DNA of 17,650 nucleotides from a virus (Duplodnaviria; Heunggongvirae; Uroviricota; Caudoviricetes): IMG/VR virus record IMGVR_UViG_2540341031_000012; one strand, 5' to 3'. Shown piece by piece: positions 16,277 to 17,650 of this stretch (position 1 is its first letter; each line of letters starts with the position of its first letter). The notes under the pieces were generated by a model. It saw only the letters and a program-made list of their open reading frames with translations, ran no database searches and was not told where the DNA came from. The position numbers and the translations under genes were made by a program.

Positions 16277-17650
16277 TCATTGAAAACTGCTTTTAGAACT
16301 TGATACAACGGGACTAGTCACAACAGGACTATTCTCAACGGGATCATCCTCAGAGGAACTATCATCAAAGTCATCATCCATAAATAAAATATCATCGAAT
16401 GGTGCCACGCCCGTGATGAGTTTTATTTTATTATTACGATCAGTCAAGACTCCACTTAAACCGTTTTCGCTCACAGGTTTTAATGATTTTTCATTACTCT
16501 TGTTGTAAGCAGGCGCATTAAAAATACACGGAGTATCAAGATCAAACAATGACGTTCCCCAGTTCACATATTGAATATCATAGTTACTGAAGTTCTGTCC
16601 AGAAAAGAAGCATCCCTTAAAATCCAATCCACCTAAATTATATAAACCATCCTCTTCTTTTTGGAGAGTAATGTTAATTTTGGCTATCTCCCGGACATCA
16701 TCGCCATTTTTATATTTGAATACCGTTTCAAGATTTTCCCCACACAGTTTGACTTCTGGAAATAATTTGAAATCAAAGCCTATATTATTATGTATCAACG
16801 TAGATGAACAAAAGATGGAGAAAGCTTGCAGTGCTGAATTATAGCTTTCGATTTTATCCTGAGGCTGCGCTCTTGGTAAAAACTCATAGCAACATTCATA
16901 AAAATTAAGTAGAAACTCTGAAGACCTTCCATTTTTATCAAATAATATCCCCTTGAACTCATTCACAAACGCATCTTTTTTTTCTTGAATATCTATGGGG
17001 TGTTCCTTTGACTCTGACAAAGATGAAATCTCATCTATTTTGTTTTCATATGAATTACGTGATTCCATACAGACATTTGGCGGCGTTTCTAAAATAACAC
17101 TACGCGTACTACTTGGCTTAAGTAAACCAACATGAAAATCACTTTTTCTTATATTATCGAAAAGGTTCTGTTCATTTCTTTTAGCGCATTCAAAAAACTG
17201 ATCGGCATTATTTTTATTCGATAATTTTTTAGTTTCAGAAAACACATTTTCATTGTTTTCCAGCTTTAGTTTAATGAGAAGATTTTCCCAGACCTGCTTG
17301 CTTAAACATATTACGTCAGGCTCACCAGAACTAACTAACTCGTGATTATTATTAAAGTGTACGTTGAATACCTTTAAGTTATTTTCACCAACTTCATATT
17401 TAATACGTTTTAATTGTTCTCCAGCTCCCATAATGACAAAGGCGTTGCCTTCTTGATATATACATTCAGACATCATTTTTTGTAAAGTTTCAAGAGCACC
17501 GCGATACGTCTCTGATGCAGCTTCCTTACAAATTAATTTTAAAATACTATGAGCTAGTAGCTCCATGTGTTTAGAAGATTTATTTTCATTATAACTTCCA
17601 CTACCCAAAACTGCGCTAGCGTTAAATCCGTTGCTTTTACTAACTAACAT
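16277..17650 (-). CDS. Hypothetical protein (at least 457 aa), AT-rich gene with an acidic/Ser-rich C-terminal tail; may extend past the window edge
   Basis: Long ORF in AT-rich DNA. The ATG at 17648-17650 coincides with the window end, so the true start is uncertain. No family recognised. Confidence 0.6.
   Translation of the reverse strand: MLVSKSNGFNASAVLGSGSYNENKSSKHMELLAHSILKLICKEAASETYRGALETLQKMMSECIYQEGNAFVIMGAGEQLKRIKYEVGENNLKVFNVHFNNNHELVSSGEPDVICLSKQVWENLLIKLKLENNENVFSETKKLSNKNNADQFFECAKRNEQNLFDNIRKSDFHVGLLKPSSTRSVILETPPNVCMESRNSYENKIDEISSLSESKEHPIDIQEKKDAFVNEFKGILFDKNGRSSEFLLNFYECCYEFLPRAQPQDKIESYNSALQAFSIFCSSTLIHNNIGFDFKLFPEVKLCGENLETVFKYKNGDDVREIAKINITLQKEEDGLYNLGGLDFKGCFFSGQNFSNYDIQYVNWGTSLFDLDTPCIFNAPAYNKSNEKSLKPVSENGLSGVLTDRNNKIKLITGVAPFDDILFMDDDFDDSSSEDDPVENSPVVTSPVVSSSKSSFQ

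Overview
The window opens with core genes smpB (1-483) and the tmRNA gene ssrA (698-1060). Inserted at the 3' end of ssrA is an apparently intact ~10.9-kb P4-like phage satellite (about 1037-11955). Its parts, in order: a P4-family tyrosine integrase; a visibly AT-rich two-gene cassette of unknown function; a cos site matching the P2/P4 cohesive end; psu, delta and sid; a TGTTCACC iteron cluster; an AlpA/Vis-like regulator; a P4-type RNA immunity region with seqA/seqB/seqC-like complementary elements; an early operon ending in the alpha primase-helicase; a crr-like pair of ~120-bp repeats; and a degenerate attR. The most interesting locus is the two-gene cassette (2553-4092, minus strand) in the cos-int slot that P4 fills with gop/beta/cII and that is reported as an anti-phage defence hotspot in P4-like satellites. 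I could not assign either protein to a known family by eye, so it is a candidate novel defence or toxin module. Right of the element are an autotransporter adhesin gene interrupted by a frameshift at a C5 tract, a degraded Pin/Hin-type invertase remnant, and an AT-rich hypothetical gene running to the window edge. All calls rest on reading the sequence and recalled family knowledge; no searches were run, and hand-derived coordinates may be off by 1-2 bp.
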